Source: Cyanophora paradoxa CCMP329
Lineage: Eukaryota; Plantae; Glaucophyta
Assembly: GCA_004431415.1 (NCBI GenBank)
Contig: QPMI01000569.1
Span: 1 to 64,000 of the forward strand
Direction: 5' to 3'
DNA length: 64,000 nt
The notes below the pieces were generated by a model. That model was not told the DNA's origin, made no database searches, and saw only the letters and a list, made by a program, of their open reading frames with translations. A program made the translations under genes and the position numbers. Numbering within the stretch: the first letter of the stretch is position 1; each line of letters opens with the position of its first letter. Below, piece after piece: positions 37,305 to 49,370 of this stretch.

Positions 37305-40300
37305 CAGCGCCTCGCCGACGGAGACGCCGAGCCCGAGCCTGTCGCCCAGCGCCTCTCCGACGGAGACGGCGAGCCCGAGCCCGTCGCCCAGCGCCTCGGC
37401 GACGGAGACGCCGAGCCCGAGCCCGTCGCCCAGCGCCTCGGCGACGGAGACGCCGAGCCCGAGCCCGAGCCCCTCTCTCAGAACGGACGCGCGCGGCGAT
37501 GTTGGATCCGGTTCTGCCAACGGGAGCGCGTCGAGCGCGGAGGGAGCTCTGCCTGCGTGGGCGAATCGGGAACGCATGGCGGCGCTCGTGAAGGCTCGCC
37601 CCCTCCGCTTCCCGCGCAGCCTCTCCCGTGCTGAGGCTTGTGAGACAGGTCGCCTTCGCTTCGGGGGCAACTGGCGCGGCTGCTGGCCAGCTCCTTCCCC
37701 AGATCGCGGCGAGGTGCGCCCGGCGCGCAGCCGTGGGGGCGGATCGGAGCGCGGGATCTGACCGCCGGCGCCTTCCCCCCGAGCGCAGTGCAGCGTCGCT
37801 CGCCCACGGGTCCTTCCTCCGCCTCGCCTCGGGCGCCCAGGTGCCCCCTTGGCCTGTACCCCGCCCCTCAGCCCCGGAGCAGGCTCGTCTCTGAAGCCCG
37901 GGGCGGCAGTTCGTGGCGGGGGCGCCGCCGGGGGCGGGGGCGGGGGAACTCTCCGCCTCGTACGAGGCCTACGCGTGCGCGGTGCGGTGGACCCTCGGCA
38001 GCGCCCCCTGCGGCGCCAACGCCACAACCGGCCCCGCCGCGCTCGTTTCTCGGTGCGCCGTTTGAGGACTCGAAATCTCGATCGAAGAGAGAGCAAAGAG
38101 GCTCAGTCGCTGTGCTTGCCCCATGGCGCTGAGCGGCCCTTCCCCCTCCCCGCAGGCGCCGCCTCCTCGCCGCGGACCCCGCCGCCGCCGCCGCCGACGC
38201 CGACGCGCTGCTCCTCTCCGTGCGCCCCGCCCGCGCCCCCGCGAAACAGCGCGCGCCACGCGATCGCATTCTCCTTCGCGGTCCAAAGCGATCCCCTCAC
38301 GCCCGACCCTGCAGTCCGGGGCGGCGCTGGGCGGGGCCGGGGCGGCGGTGCTGGCGGCCCACGGCCTCTCCCTCCTCCTCGCCGCCCGCTGCGCCCGCCG
38401 CGCCGCCCGCGCCCGGGGCGCCCTCGAGGGCCCCGCCGGCGACCGCCTCGCCCGCCGCGCCTACGACCGCAGTGCGTGCCGCGCCCTCTCATCGCCTCGC
38501 CTTGACCTGCCGCCCGCGAGCACACGCTGACGCGCCCCCGCGGCAGCCGTGCGCCGCCTCGGCCTCGCCTTCCCCCGCTGGGAGCTCGTCTGGGCCCAGG
38601 TGCGCCCCCGCCTCTCCCGTTGCACAGAGCCCGCACACCCGCCGCTAGCCGTGGAGCGCGCTGCACAGCCGCCTCAGACGATGCGAGTTCGAGGCCCCTG
38701 ACACCCTTGGCCTCCCTCCGGCCGGCGCGCGCAGGTGGCCATCCCGGCGCTCTCGATCGCGTGCGGGACGGCGGCGCGGGCCGGCTCCCCGGCCCCCGCC
38801 GCAGCGGCGAAGGCGCTCCTCGTGGGGCTCCTCACCCCCTGCACCCTCGCCCTCGCCGCCCTCGTCTTCGTCCAGGTGGGCGGGGGCCCCGCGCCCCGCG
38901 CCCCGCCCCGCCCCGCCCCGCCCCGAGCCGGCGTCGCTGAGCGGCGGCGGCGGCCAGGTCTACTGGCGGCGGCGGGCGCAGTTCAACGCGCACAGCGTCG
39001 CGGAGCCGCGGGCGCTGGCCGACCTCGTCGCGCCCCTCCTCGCGCGGCGCCGCGCCGAGAGGCGCCGCGGCGCCCTCTCGCTCCCCGAGGCAGAGGCGGC
39101 GGCGGCGGCGGCCGCCGCCGGCGCCGCCTCGTGCGGGACCCGCCCGCGCGCAGCGGCCGGCGGGGCGGGCCCCGACGTCCAGTACGTGGATCTCGACGCA
39201 TCCGAGCGCCAGGTCGACGGTACCCGTCCCCTCCTCCTCCTCCTCCCCCCCCCCCCCCCCCCCCATGTCGTCCCTGACGTACCATCAGCCGCGGCCCGCG
39301 TCCGCTCCTGGGTGCAGGGCTGCTCCGGCGGCGGGGGTACCCCCGCTCCGCCTCCTCGGAGCCTCAGCCCGAGCACCCCCCGCGGGCTCTCCCCCTCCCC
39401 CCTGCGGGGCTCGCGGTCGCGATCGCCGCGCCCGCTCGCGATCGGCGATCGCGGCTCGGCCCCCTCGTCGCCCCGCAGCGCCCCGGACCTCGCGCTCGGC
39501 GCGCCGGACCGCGTGCTCAACGTCTTCATCGGCTATGACGATCGCGAAGGCGGGGGGGAGGACGGACCGGGGACGGGGCCCCGCCCGCGGGGGTACAGCC
39601 GCGGCTCGTCCTCGAGCTCGCTGCGCCTCCTGGTGGAGCCGAGCCCGGGGTCGGAGCTCGGGGCGAGCCCCGTCCACTCCCGCTCGCCGTCCCCCTCCCG
39701 CCCTCCGACCCCGCTCGAGCTCCCCGCCGCGACGTCGACCGCCCCGTGGGGCGCGCTGCAGCCGGGGCGGGCGCCGGCGCCCTCGGCGGGGGCCGGCCTC
39801 GCGGGGCTCGCGCCGGCCTCCCCCGGGCACTCGGCCCTGCTCCCCGACCTGCTGCTCGGGGGCGGGGGCGGCGCCGGCGCCGGCCGCTGGCCCGGCTGCG
39901 AGGCCGCGGTCGCTGACGGCTCCGAGCGCCGCCTCGCGGGAGCACGCCGCCATGCGCTCCGCCATGGACGACGCTGCCCGCCGCTTCCGCTCCCCCTCCA
40001 TCCCCTCCCTGGGCTTCTCCGCCCCAGTACCCCCCGGCCCGGGGGGCGACGACCTCGAGCTCGCCACGCGCGTGCTCGTTGCCGCGGGTGTACCCCCGCC
40101 CTCGCTCCTGGTCCTGGGGGGTGCCGAGGGCCCCGCGCCCCCGTTCGAGTCTCAGCGGCGCGCGCCCGCGGTGCGGCGGGAGGGCGGCGGCGCGGACCCG
40201 CCGTACCCCGCCCCGGGATCCGCCGGCGGGCAGCGCACGACGGCGGCCGCGCGCTGCGCCTCTCTCCCTCTGCTGCACCCGCCAGCGTCGCTCCTCGAGC

Positions 40301-42281
40301 CCCCGACGGCAGCGGCGCCCCGATCCCCGAGCGGCAGCCAGGCCCGGCGCCCCACCTCAAGCTCGCCCCCGTACCCGGCGCCCGCCCCCGACTCGTCCGA
40401 CTCCGACTCGGGCGCCCGTACCCCCGAACCCAAGGCCCGCGCCGCCCCCGGCGGCGGCTTTGCGTCCCTCGGCCCGGGTACCCCCCCGGGGGAGCGCCCC
40501 CGCCCCCGGGTGCTCGTGCTGCCCGTCGACAGCGGCGCCCCGTCCGTCGGCGTCTCCTCGGGCGACGAAGCCGGCAGCGCGGGGGGCGCGGCAGCCGCCA
40601 CAGCGGCCGCCCCGCGACCGCCGAGGAGGGCGGCTCGGTCCGCAGCGCGTGGCGCATCGGGGGCCGGCGGGCGGCCGGGGGAAGCCGGGGACGGCGCCGG
40701 CGGGCGGCGGCGAGGAGGGCGTGCTCTTGTGGGGCGGGGCGCTCGGGTCGGGGCGGGTGCTGGGCGCCGCGACGAGCGCCCTCGCCGCCGCCCGCAAGGT
40801 CCCCCCGCCCCGCCCCCCCGCCCCCCCTCCCCTCGAGACGTACCCCCGCAGCGCTCGGCCTCGGCGGCCCTCTTCCTCCGCGACCGCTCCGCCACCATCT
40901 TCTCCCAGGTACCCCCCTGGCCCGCCCCTCCCCCCACTTCTCTGAGCGCTCGGTCGCCCTACCGCAGGCGGCCGCGCTCGCCAGCCCGCGGGTGCTCCGC
41001 CCGGCCCCGGCCCCGCGCCCTCCGCCCGCCCCCCGGCCGCGCCCCCGACCGACGCGCGGGCGCGCGCACGCAGGCGGCGATCGAGGGGCGCGTGGCGTTC
41101 GTGACGAGCTGCGCCGCCGCCATACGCGCCCTCCCCGTCACCTACCGGCCCCCGGGCGAGCAGGAGGCGGCCGGCGCGGCGCCTCCGCCCAAGCGCAGCG
41201 GGCGGGAGCTGTGGGCGCTGCTGGGGCGGCGGGTGCGGCTCTACCGCCTCCTGCGGCGCTCGCCCTTCTGGGTGCGGGACCGGGCCTCGGCGCGGCTGCT
41301 GGCGGCCTGGGGCCCCCTCTTCGAGCACCTGCGCGGCGAGGGGGCGCGCCCCCTCTACACCGCCGCCGACCTCACCCGCTTCCTCCTCGCCGGCTACGCC
41401 CTCGCCTTCCTCCCCAGCGCCCCCGCCCGCCTCGCCGCCCTCGCCGCCCCCGCCGCCGCCCAGCTCCTCTTCCTCGCGTCCGCCCCGCCCCGCCCCGCCC
41501 CGCCCCCTCCTCGCCCGCCCCTCACTGCCCGGGGGCGGGCGCGCAGGCTGGGGCGGCCCTTCCTGTGGCCCCTCGAGAACCTCGTGGCCGGCTTCTCCCT
41601 CGCCGCCCAGGTGCGCGAGCCCCCCGTCCGCCCCTTCCTAGCCGGCCCTGGTGTCGGCCTTGTCGAGGCCAGGCCCGGCTTGCTTGAGCTCCGTCGGAGC
41701 CCCCCGCGCCCCGGGCTCCGTCCGCTCCCGTGTGACGGCGGGGCGCGGCGGCCAGGTGGCGGTCGCAGTCGTCGCGCTGCTGGCGGAGCTCGACGCCCTC
41801 CCCGCCGCCGCCTCCGAGCAGCAGGCGCCCCCTCCCCGCCCCGCCCTGCTCTCGGCCCCGGCCCCTCTCACGCGGCACTCGCAGCGGGCGCTGGCGCTGG
41901 TGCTCCCCTCGGCGGCCGCCCTCTTTGCCTCCTCCGTCGCCGTCCTCGCCGCCGAGGCCGCCGTCGTCTTCGTGCGCCCCGCCCCGCATCGGCCCTCGCT
42001 CCCTCGCCGCGCGGCTGACTGACCCTCCCGCCCCCTCCCCAGCGCGCCGTGCGGGCGTGGCGGCAGCGGCGCGGGCCGGCGCCCCGCCCCCGAGCCGGCC
42101 TCGTCGCGAGGTGCGAGAGGACCCCCCGCCGCCGCCAGCGGAAAGCCGCCGCTGACCTTCGCCCGCCTTCCTTCGTGCTCGTCCTCGCAGGGAGAAGGCC
42201 GCCCGGTACCGCTCCCCGGCGGTGGTCTCCGTGGAAGCCGGCGAGGCGGCGCCGATCTCCCTCCCCTTCAGAGTGCTCTGA
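24842..42281 (+). CDS. giant membrane glycoprotein: signal peptide, Cys-containing globular domain, about 3700-aa Ser/Pro/Thr stalk, multi-pass TM region (TRP-like/Flc-Pkd2-type); 8 apparent frameshifts in the repeat
   Basis: Signal peptide [25 protein letters not shown]. After the repeat: [11 protein letters not shown]|FVA...[23 protein letters not shown]|[28 protein letters not shown] and several hydrophobic helices. Probable stop TGA 42279-42281. Confidence 0.65.
26346..37476 (+). repeat. coding minisatellite of about 11.1 kb, roughly 240 units of 42 bp ([14 protein letters not shown]) and 54 bp (two extra PS)
   Basis: Unit ccgagcccgagcccgtcgcccagcgcctcgccgacggagacg, with a variable number of ccgagc hexamers. 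Confidence 0.98.
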
Positions 42282-42974
42282 CGGCGGTTCCCGCACACAC
42301 AGTCTTCCCGTCGTTTCGAATCAGCAGCATTCATGATCACTGGTGATCACTGGAATTTAGAATGCATTTATCTATGTAGTGCGGAGTGATCCGGCGCCTT
42401 AGTTTCGAATTCTCTCATATCTCTTAGCACTGCATATTGTGTTTGTCTCATGTCGTCATCCCCTGCAGATAGCGTCTTAGTTTGTTTAACTTTCTGGGCT
42501 CCTATTTTTCGAGCCTCTGCAAGCGATTCCGCGTTGTTAACGTTTTACCTTGTATTTGTATTTTTAGCTAGGGAGCTTGCTGCTGTTACTACATGCTATA
42601 GCTAGTCAAAGAAATAGGTCATGTGCTGAGTTTAGTGCAGATTCGGTGCCTCGTGGTTAGTCCTCAGTCCTGTGCACCGTAGTACAGACATGTCGCACAG
42701 TGTTTGAGATTCGCGTGCTCGTCCTGCTTCGGAAGCCTTGCTTGCAATTGGTTGACCGACTTCAGAAGCCTGTTCTAGATCTGCTTATTCGACTCTTTAT
42801 TTATCAGTAATCAGTCTCAGAGATCGACTGCTAATCAGTAATTTATTCGTTGCGTGTCATATCGTAGTATTCGAGGCAGTGACTCGGTGAAAGTCTGTAT
42901 TCAAGACAGTGACACGGGGGAAAAGCAGCCTAGGGGAATGAGGGGCATGAGGGGCCGAATCCCGGCCGATGGGG

Positions 42975-45093
42975 TCAAGCGGGGAGGGCCTGCCGGGGGG
43001 CGGCGGGCTGCTCCTGCTCCCGCTCCTGCCGCTGCTGCTGGGGGGGGCTCGCCGGCGTGGGAGGGGCCGGCGAGGCCTCTGCATGCGCCTCCGCCTCGCC
43101 TCTCCCCGCAGCGGCCCTCGCCGGCGAGCCGACCGCCGCCGCCGCCGCCGCCGCCGCCTCCTGCAGCCGCCCCGCCCCGGCGCCCCGTTAGTCGGAAGAA
43201 GGGCGAGAGGGGTTGGAGGGCGGGGGCGGCGGGCGGGGCGCACGGCGGCGGCGGCCTCGTCGCGCATGCGACGCTCGATGTCCGCGAGCTCCGAGAGCAG
43301 ATCCTCCTCCCCCGCCCCCTCCGGCCCCGCCACCCCTGCCCCCGCCTCGGAGGACGAGGAGGGGGAGAAGAAGAGGGGGGGTACCGCGGGCGAGGGCGGC
43401 GTCGAGGTCGCGCTGGTCGGCGAGCGCGTCCTCCAGCGCCTCCATCGTCTCCTCCACCCGCCTGCCCGGCGCGGCGGGGCGAGTCGGGGGGAGGAGGAGG
43501 GGGGGAGGGGCGGGGGCGGCCGGGCGCACTCGGGGGTGAGGCCGGCGGCGGCCGTGACGGCCTTGAGCGTGCGCGCGCCCTCGCGGTACGCCTCCAGCAC
43601 CTGCCGGCTCGCCGCCCGCCGGCCCGGGCTCAAGTGAGCAAACCCCTCGGGCGGGCCCGGGGCCTGGCCGCTCGCCTGGGCGCTGACGTGGGCGTCGGCG
43701 ATGCGCGCGAGGACGCCGTCCAGCGTCCGCTTCGACTCGTGCCGCTGCTCCAGCAGCCGCCTGCCCGCCCGCCCGTCAGCCCCGGGCGCCGGGCGGGGCG
43801 GGGCGGGGCGGGGCGGGGCGGGGCGCGCTTGAAGGGCAGGCGCTCGCGCAGGAGGCGCTTCGCCTCGTCCTGGCGGCCGGCGAGCACCGCCGCGCGCGCC
43901 CGCTCCGTCAGACTGCGCCGGCAGGCCCCGTCAGCCCGCCGCCGGCCCGACTTTTCGAGCAGACGGCGTACCCCTCGACCTGGGCCTCGAGGGAGGCGAC
44001 CTGGCGGTCCAGCAGCCGCTTCGTCGCCCGCATGTGCGCGATGCCCCTGCGCGCCCGCGCGCCCGGCTGTCGGCGGGCGCCGCCGGGGCTGAGCGGCGGG
44101 CACGCGGCGCTGCGCACCTGTCCGCCTCGGACACCTTCACGCTCTTCGCCCCACGCGCCGCGAATTTGATCGCCTGCCGCCGGCCCGCCCGCACGTGACG
44201 AGGGGCGGGGGCGCGGGGCGCGCCGGAGTGGGGAACGGGCGCACGCGCTCGCCGCGGCCGTCGGCGCCTGTGGGGAGGACGGCGGCGCGGCGGCGCTCGC
44301 AGAGGAGCCCCGCTGCGAGCTCGGCGGCCTCGTCGGAGAGGCCGGCGCGCTGCGCCAGCTCGCCCAGGAGCAGCACGGCGCCGGCCCCGGCCTCGTCCGC
44401 CTCCGCCGCCGCCCGCTCCGCCGCCTCTGCCAGCTCCTGCGGGCACCTCAGCGGCGGCCGCCGGCGGGCGGCGCGGCGGGGGGCGGCAAGCGGGGGGGCG
44501 GCGGCGACGGGTTCGGGCGCGCCTGCAGAGCGTCGACGAGGACGAACTTGCGCTCGAGCAGCTCCTCCGGCACGTCGCTCACGTCCGAGGGCGGCGCCGA
44601 GCGCCCGCCGACGAGCTGGCCGAGCGTCCAGCGCGCCGGGCCGATGACGGCCTTGGAGAGGAGCCAGGTCGCCCAGCCGACGCCGCCGTCCGCGACCTCC
44701 GCGGCCGCCGCGCGCACGAGGTCCTCCGCCGGGCGCACTTTCCGGTCCTTCTCCAGCTCCGCCTGCGCGGCGGCCGCGCGCCTCGGCGGGGGCGGCGCGG
44801 TTGGGGCGGCGTGACGCGCGCACCAAGACGACGTGCAGGCCGCGCGCGTGCTGGCCATTCGTCCAGCGCATCGCGTCTCGCAATGTCCGCAGCGACACGC
44901 AGGGGCAGCGCGCCCGGCGCGCGAAGTCATCGATCGTCCGCGTCCAGAAGCGCATGCGGTCCGCCCAGCGCTCCGGATCGACTGTGCGGATCTCAAAAGG
45001 GTCCATCAGAAAGCTCATCCGCTCGCCGTCCTTCCAGTCGGGCACATGGGCCTCGGCGTAGGCGCCAAACGCCTCTCTGCTGAAATCGCCCAT
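42975..45093 (-). CDS. CHMP7: charged multivesicular body protein 7 (ESCRT-II/III hybrid, Snf7 domain)
   Basis: DWKDGERMSFLMDPF...DPERWADRMRFW...RGLHVVL, GWATWLLSKAVIGPARW (winged-helix part), then a Snf7-like region QVLEAYREGARTLKA...VEETMEALEDALADQRDLDAAL. Confidence 0.88.
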
Positions 45094-45270
45094 CCGACTG
45101 CCACCACCTTGAGCGCGCCGTCAGCCAAGCGGAGCCGAGCGCCGATGGGCTGCTGGCGCCAAGCTGCACCGTGTTGCCGACAACTTCCAGACACGTGTAC
45201 CCGTGGACAGGCACTACTGAGTACCACGGCGGCTAGCGGTGCGCCGGTACCAGTGCTCCCCAGCTCAAGG

Positions 45271-46247
45271 ATGAAGCGAGGCCACGACGATCCGCCCGAC
45301 TCGCCGGTCCCGTCACCGGCGCCTTTCCTGCACGTCCAGCCGGCGGCCCCGCCGGCGCAAAACCCGCCGGCTCCATCCAGCAGCTCTTCCGGCCCTGCGC
45401 GCTTCTCGGATCTCTCCTTTGAAGGACTGCGCCGCAGGTGAGCTGCATGCGCCCTAGGGCGCGCGTCCGCAACCTGCGCTTACGCCCCGCCAGGCTCGCC
45501 ACGTTCGCCAGAGAGCGCGACTGGGATCAGGTGCCGCCGTCTTCCTTGTATCTTGCTCAATCAGAGACGACTGATGCGCGCGAGCCGCTCAGTTCCACAG
45601 CCCGAGGAATTTGGTTCTGGCTCTGGTCCGTCACTCGTACTGCACATGTCCCTTCAGCCGCGTTGCCGCTCCCTGACGCTCACTCTGCAGGCGGGGGAGG
45701 TCGGAGAGGTCAGCTTGCTCCGTTCCCGATCGCTCCGGCCGCCGCTCGCCCGGCGGTGCTCCGCGTCCGCGATGGCGCAGCGTGACCAACCGCGCAGGTC
45801 GCTGAGCTCTTCCAGTGGAAATCAGATGCGGAGGCCGCGCCCGGGCTTCCTGGTACGATTCCAGGCCGCAAATCCGCGGCCGCGCGGCCGTGCTAACGCG
45901 GGTGTCCCAGGCTGGAGCCCGCAGGACGGTAACCGCGCCGCACGCATCCGCCGCCGGGGCGGGCGACTGACGCCGCCGCGGTCGCCACGCAGTGTCGAAG
46001 GTGGAGCAGGAGCTGAGCGACGTGCTCTGCTACCTCGTGCGCTCGCGCCGCGCCGGCCGCGCGCGCCCGGCGGGGCCGCCCTGACGCCGCCGCCGGCCGC
46101 CTCGGCAGGTGCGCCTTGCGGACCGCTGCAACGTCGACCTGGCGGCGGCGGTGCAGCGGAAGATCGCGCTGAACGAGGCCAAGTACCCGGCCGAGCAGGT
46201 CCGCGGCAGCTCCAAGAAGTACAGCGAGTACCGCGAGGCCGCCCGCT

Positions 46248-46293
<46 letters not shown>

Positions 46294-46705
46294 GGGGCGC
46301 TGCTCGTCCTCGTCGGACCCGATGCGCATGCCCTTCGACGACGACGCCCTCGAGTCGGGCTCCAGCAGCCCCGTGCGGGACCCGCTCGCCGTCTCGCCCC
46401 TCTCCGGGCCCCTCCCCAGCACCAGCGCCAGCGCCGGCGGCGGCGGCGGCAGCGGCGCCGGCGGCGGCGGCTCCGGAGGCGGCGAGGTCGCCGGCCTCTC
46501 GAGCGTCGGGCTGGGGCCGGGGGGCGGGGCGGGCCCCCGCCCCTCGTCCTCCTCCTCGCCCCTCGCGCCCGAGCCGCAGCGGCGGCGCCTCTCGGACGGC
46601 GTGATGGGCATGCGGCGCGGCCCCGCCTCCTGCATCGACCCGACCGGCGGCGACGGCGAGGAGGACGACCGCGGCGGCTCCCCTATTCCCAAGGACCCCG
46701 AATAG
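45271..46705 (+). CDS. DCTPP1: dCTP pyrophosphatase 1 (MazG-like all-alpha NTP pyrophosphatase) with low-complexity tail
   Basis: Spliced: LRRR|LATFARERDWDQ|FHSPRNLVLAL|AGEVGE|VAELFQWK...GLP|GWSPQD|VSKVEQELSDVLCYL|VRLADRCNVDLAAAVQRKIALNEAKYPAEQVRGSSKKY. Confidence 0.93.
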
Positions 46706-47266
46706 CAGCCAGCCCGCGTCGGCCAGGCGCGCGCGGTCGGCGGGGGTGCGCCGGCGCGTCTCGGGGCCTTGTTCTCTGCATGCTATGGCCACTTGCAAGT
46801 TCGACACATCGATGTTTCGCAAATAGATAGCACTTGCACTTCATTTGGTTTTCGAATTCCATTGATTCATGCATATGCAATTCCAAGTCGACGTCGCATC
46901 GACATCGGGCTGGGCACAGATCGCAAAGCTGGGCGGGCAACAGCTAAAGCTAGTAGCTAGGAACGCTGCATCGATTGCTCGCTGCCTATTACATCTACTG
47001 GGCGGGTGTGAAGATACGAAGTGTGTATCCACTGTTCACTCAAGTCCTGGTAATGAAGTGGCCTATAGTACACTATTGCTACAAGTCATTGAACGCGAAC
47101 AGCGCAACGGAAATGACACGGAAAGAATGCTCATGCGAAGCACAGTGGCAACAAAACAATGCGGGACGGAAAAATGCTGCACGGTGGGGGGTACTGTACA
47201 CGGTGCGGAAAGAGAAAGGCGAAAGGCTCGGGGGGGGGGGGGGGGGGGGGGGGGGGGTCGGCGGCC

Positions 47267-49370
47267 TTAGAAGCCGGAGACGAGGGGCGCGGGGGCGGGC
47301 GAGGCGAGGGGGCTGGCGGCGAGGGCGAAGTTGGGGCCGGTGAGGTCGGCGCAGACGTAGGGCCAGCGGTGGCGCAGCTGCTCCAGGCGCTCCACCTTGA
47401 GACGCGGCGGGTCAGCCTGGGCTAACCAAGGAAAGAAAGCACAGGAGGTCTACTCCATAACAGAGAGGAGTCACCTTGACAAAGTCGAGGCTCCAGAGCT
47501 CGCTGACGGCGGGGAGGCCCAGGAGCAGGGCGGCCCGCGCCCGCACGTCCTCCCACCCGTCCTCCGGCCCGATCTGCCCGCCCGGCGACTCAGCGCCGGG
47601 CCGCGCGGCGGGCGGGCGGGCGGGCGGGGGGCAGCGCGGGCTGACCGTGAGGCGGGCGGAGTGGGCGCCGGGGAGCTGCGGGGGGCAGTCGGGGTGCCTT
47701 CGGACCTGGATGACGCGGTACCCCAGGTCCCCCTCGGGCCGCTCGAAGTCGCCGCTTCCGCCCCCGCGCCTCAGGCAGCACAGGCACTCCGCGTGGCAGT
47801 CGGCGTGCGCGTTGGCGTCTTCCCCGCCGCGCCGCGCCTCCGCCTCCGCCTCCGCCCCGGGCTCGGACTCGGGCTCGGGCTCGGGCTTGACCGCCTCGCG
47901 GGCCGTCTCCTCACGGGCCGTCTCCTCCTCCTCGTCCTCCTCCCGCGGCTCGCGCTGCGCCTCCTCCCCCTTTTGCCTCCGCGCGCCCTTGGGCACGGCG
48001 GCGTCGGCCGGCGCCGGGGGCGGCGAGGGCGCCGCCTCGCTGTCCGAGGCCGAGGCCGACGGGGCGGCGCAGGGGCCGCCGCGCCGGGCGGGGCGGGGGC
48101 CGGCGTCGCTGCCCTCGCCCGAGGAGCCCGCGGAGGCGTCCTCGTCGCCGGGGCGACCAGCGAGGGCACCGGCTCCGCGCTCGACGTCGAGGCGCTCCCC
48201 ATCGACCCCGTCCGCTCCAGCGCCCACTTCCCCCGCTTCGCCGCCGCCCCGCCCGCCTCCCCCGCCGCCTCCGCCCCCGCCGCTCCCGCCCCGCCTTCGC
48301 CGCCGCCGCGGCGGCGCGCTTGGTGGCCTTGGCGGCGCGTCCGCGGTCCCTGCCGCAGACCCAGCGGTGCGTGCCGACGGTGTAGGTCATCAGCGCGGGG
48401 CTCCGGCACGCCGCCTCCCACAGCGCCTCGTGGAACGTCTCCGGGAGCCCCTTCAGGTCCCCGTCGATCGCCAGGTGCCTCAGCCTGCCCCCGCGCGCCC
48501 GTCGGCGGCGGCCGCGCGGCGCGGCGCCCGGGGCGGGGGGCGGGCGGGGCGCCGCACTTGCTGGAGGGGTCGCGAATGGTCTCCAGGAGCGCGGCGAGGG
48601 CCTCGGGGGCCGCCAGCGCAGCGGCGTCCGCCGCGGTGCAGAGGACCCTCAGCGCCTCGAGCCTGCGCGCCGCCGCGAAGATCTCTCGGAAGAAGTGGCC
48701 CTCGCCCTCGCCCCGCTGCCGCTTCCCCTGCCGCCTCGCGCTCGCCGCCGCCGAGAGGAACGAAGACTCCACGGACACTTGCGAGACGACCAGGATCGAT
48801 ATGCAGCCTGCGGGCGGTGGCGGCGGCGGCGCGCGTCGGCGCATGGCGGGAGAGCGGGCGGGGGCGGCGGTGCGGGGCACCTGTGTCGATAGCGGCAACG
48901 AGGTGCTCGGCCGCCTTCTGCGAGAGGCTGCACGTGCGCAGCTCGACGAAGTCAACGTGCATGGAGCCCAGGACGCGCTGTAGAAAGTCCTCCCCGACGC
49001 TGCAGTTGTTCAGCTGCACGGCCCAGCACCGCGTCGCCGCCCGTATGCCCCGCCCGATCGCCGAGTAGGGCCCCGAGAGATCCGCCTCGCTTATGCTCAC
49101 GAACTGCAGTATCTTCTTGCAGCTCTCCAGGCCCTTCTCGATCGCCTCCTGCACGCTCACGGATGCCGACACCGACTGATCGACTTTCCGCGTCGAGAAG
49201 ACCACCTGTAGGCCAGATTTCGAGAACCGAGCGAAGAAGGCGGGAATCTGCAGCAGGTGATCAGACAGGGTCAGGCGCATGCATTCAAGCTGGGGCGCGA
49301 CGTGTGGGCCGCGCCACGGCGGGAGTACTTTAGCGCGACCGAGCGGGCTTAAGCTGGCAGCGCTATGCAC
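47267..49370 (-). CDS. hypothetical protein with LRR/RNI-like N-terminal region, acidic linker and Cys-containing C-terminal domain (5' end uncertain)
   Basis: Spliceable exons VQLNNCSVGEDFL...VELRTCSLSQKAAEHL|...|LRHLAIDGDL...CHAECLCC...|IGPEDGWEDVRARAALLLGL...|VERLEQLRHRWPYVC; stop at 47267. Confidence 0.55.

Noticed and set aside
25782-38096. Huge alternative-frame and antisense ORFs (4104, 3541, 3272 aa; poly-[27 protein letters not shown])
   Set aside because: The repeat unit has no stop codon in any frame. Only the Ser/Pro frame joins the signal-peptide exons upstream and the TM exons downstream.
47229-47257. Long poly-G tract, and similar poly-C tracts near 12115, 39244, 55628 and 63465
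   Set aside because: Simple homopolymers in UTRs or introns with unreliable length; no evidence of function beyond generic G-quadruplex potential.
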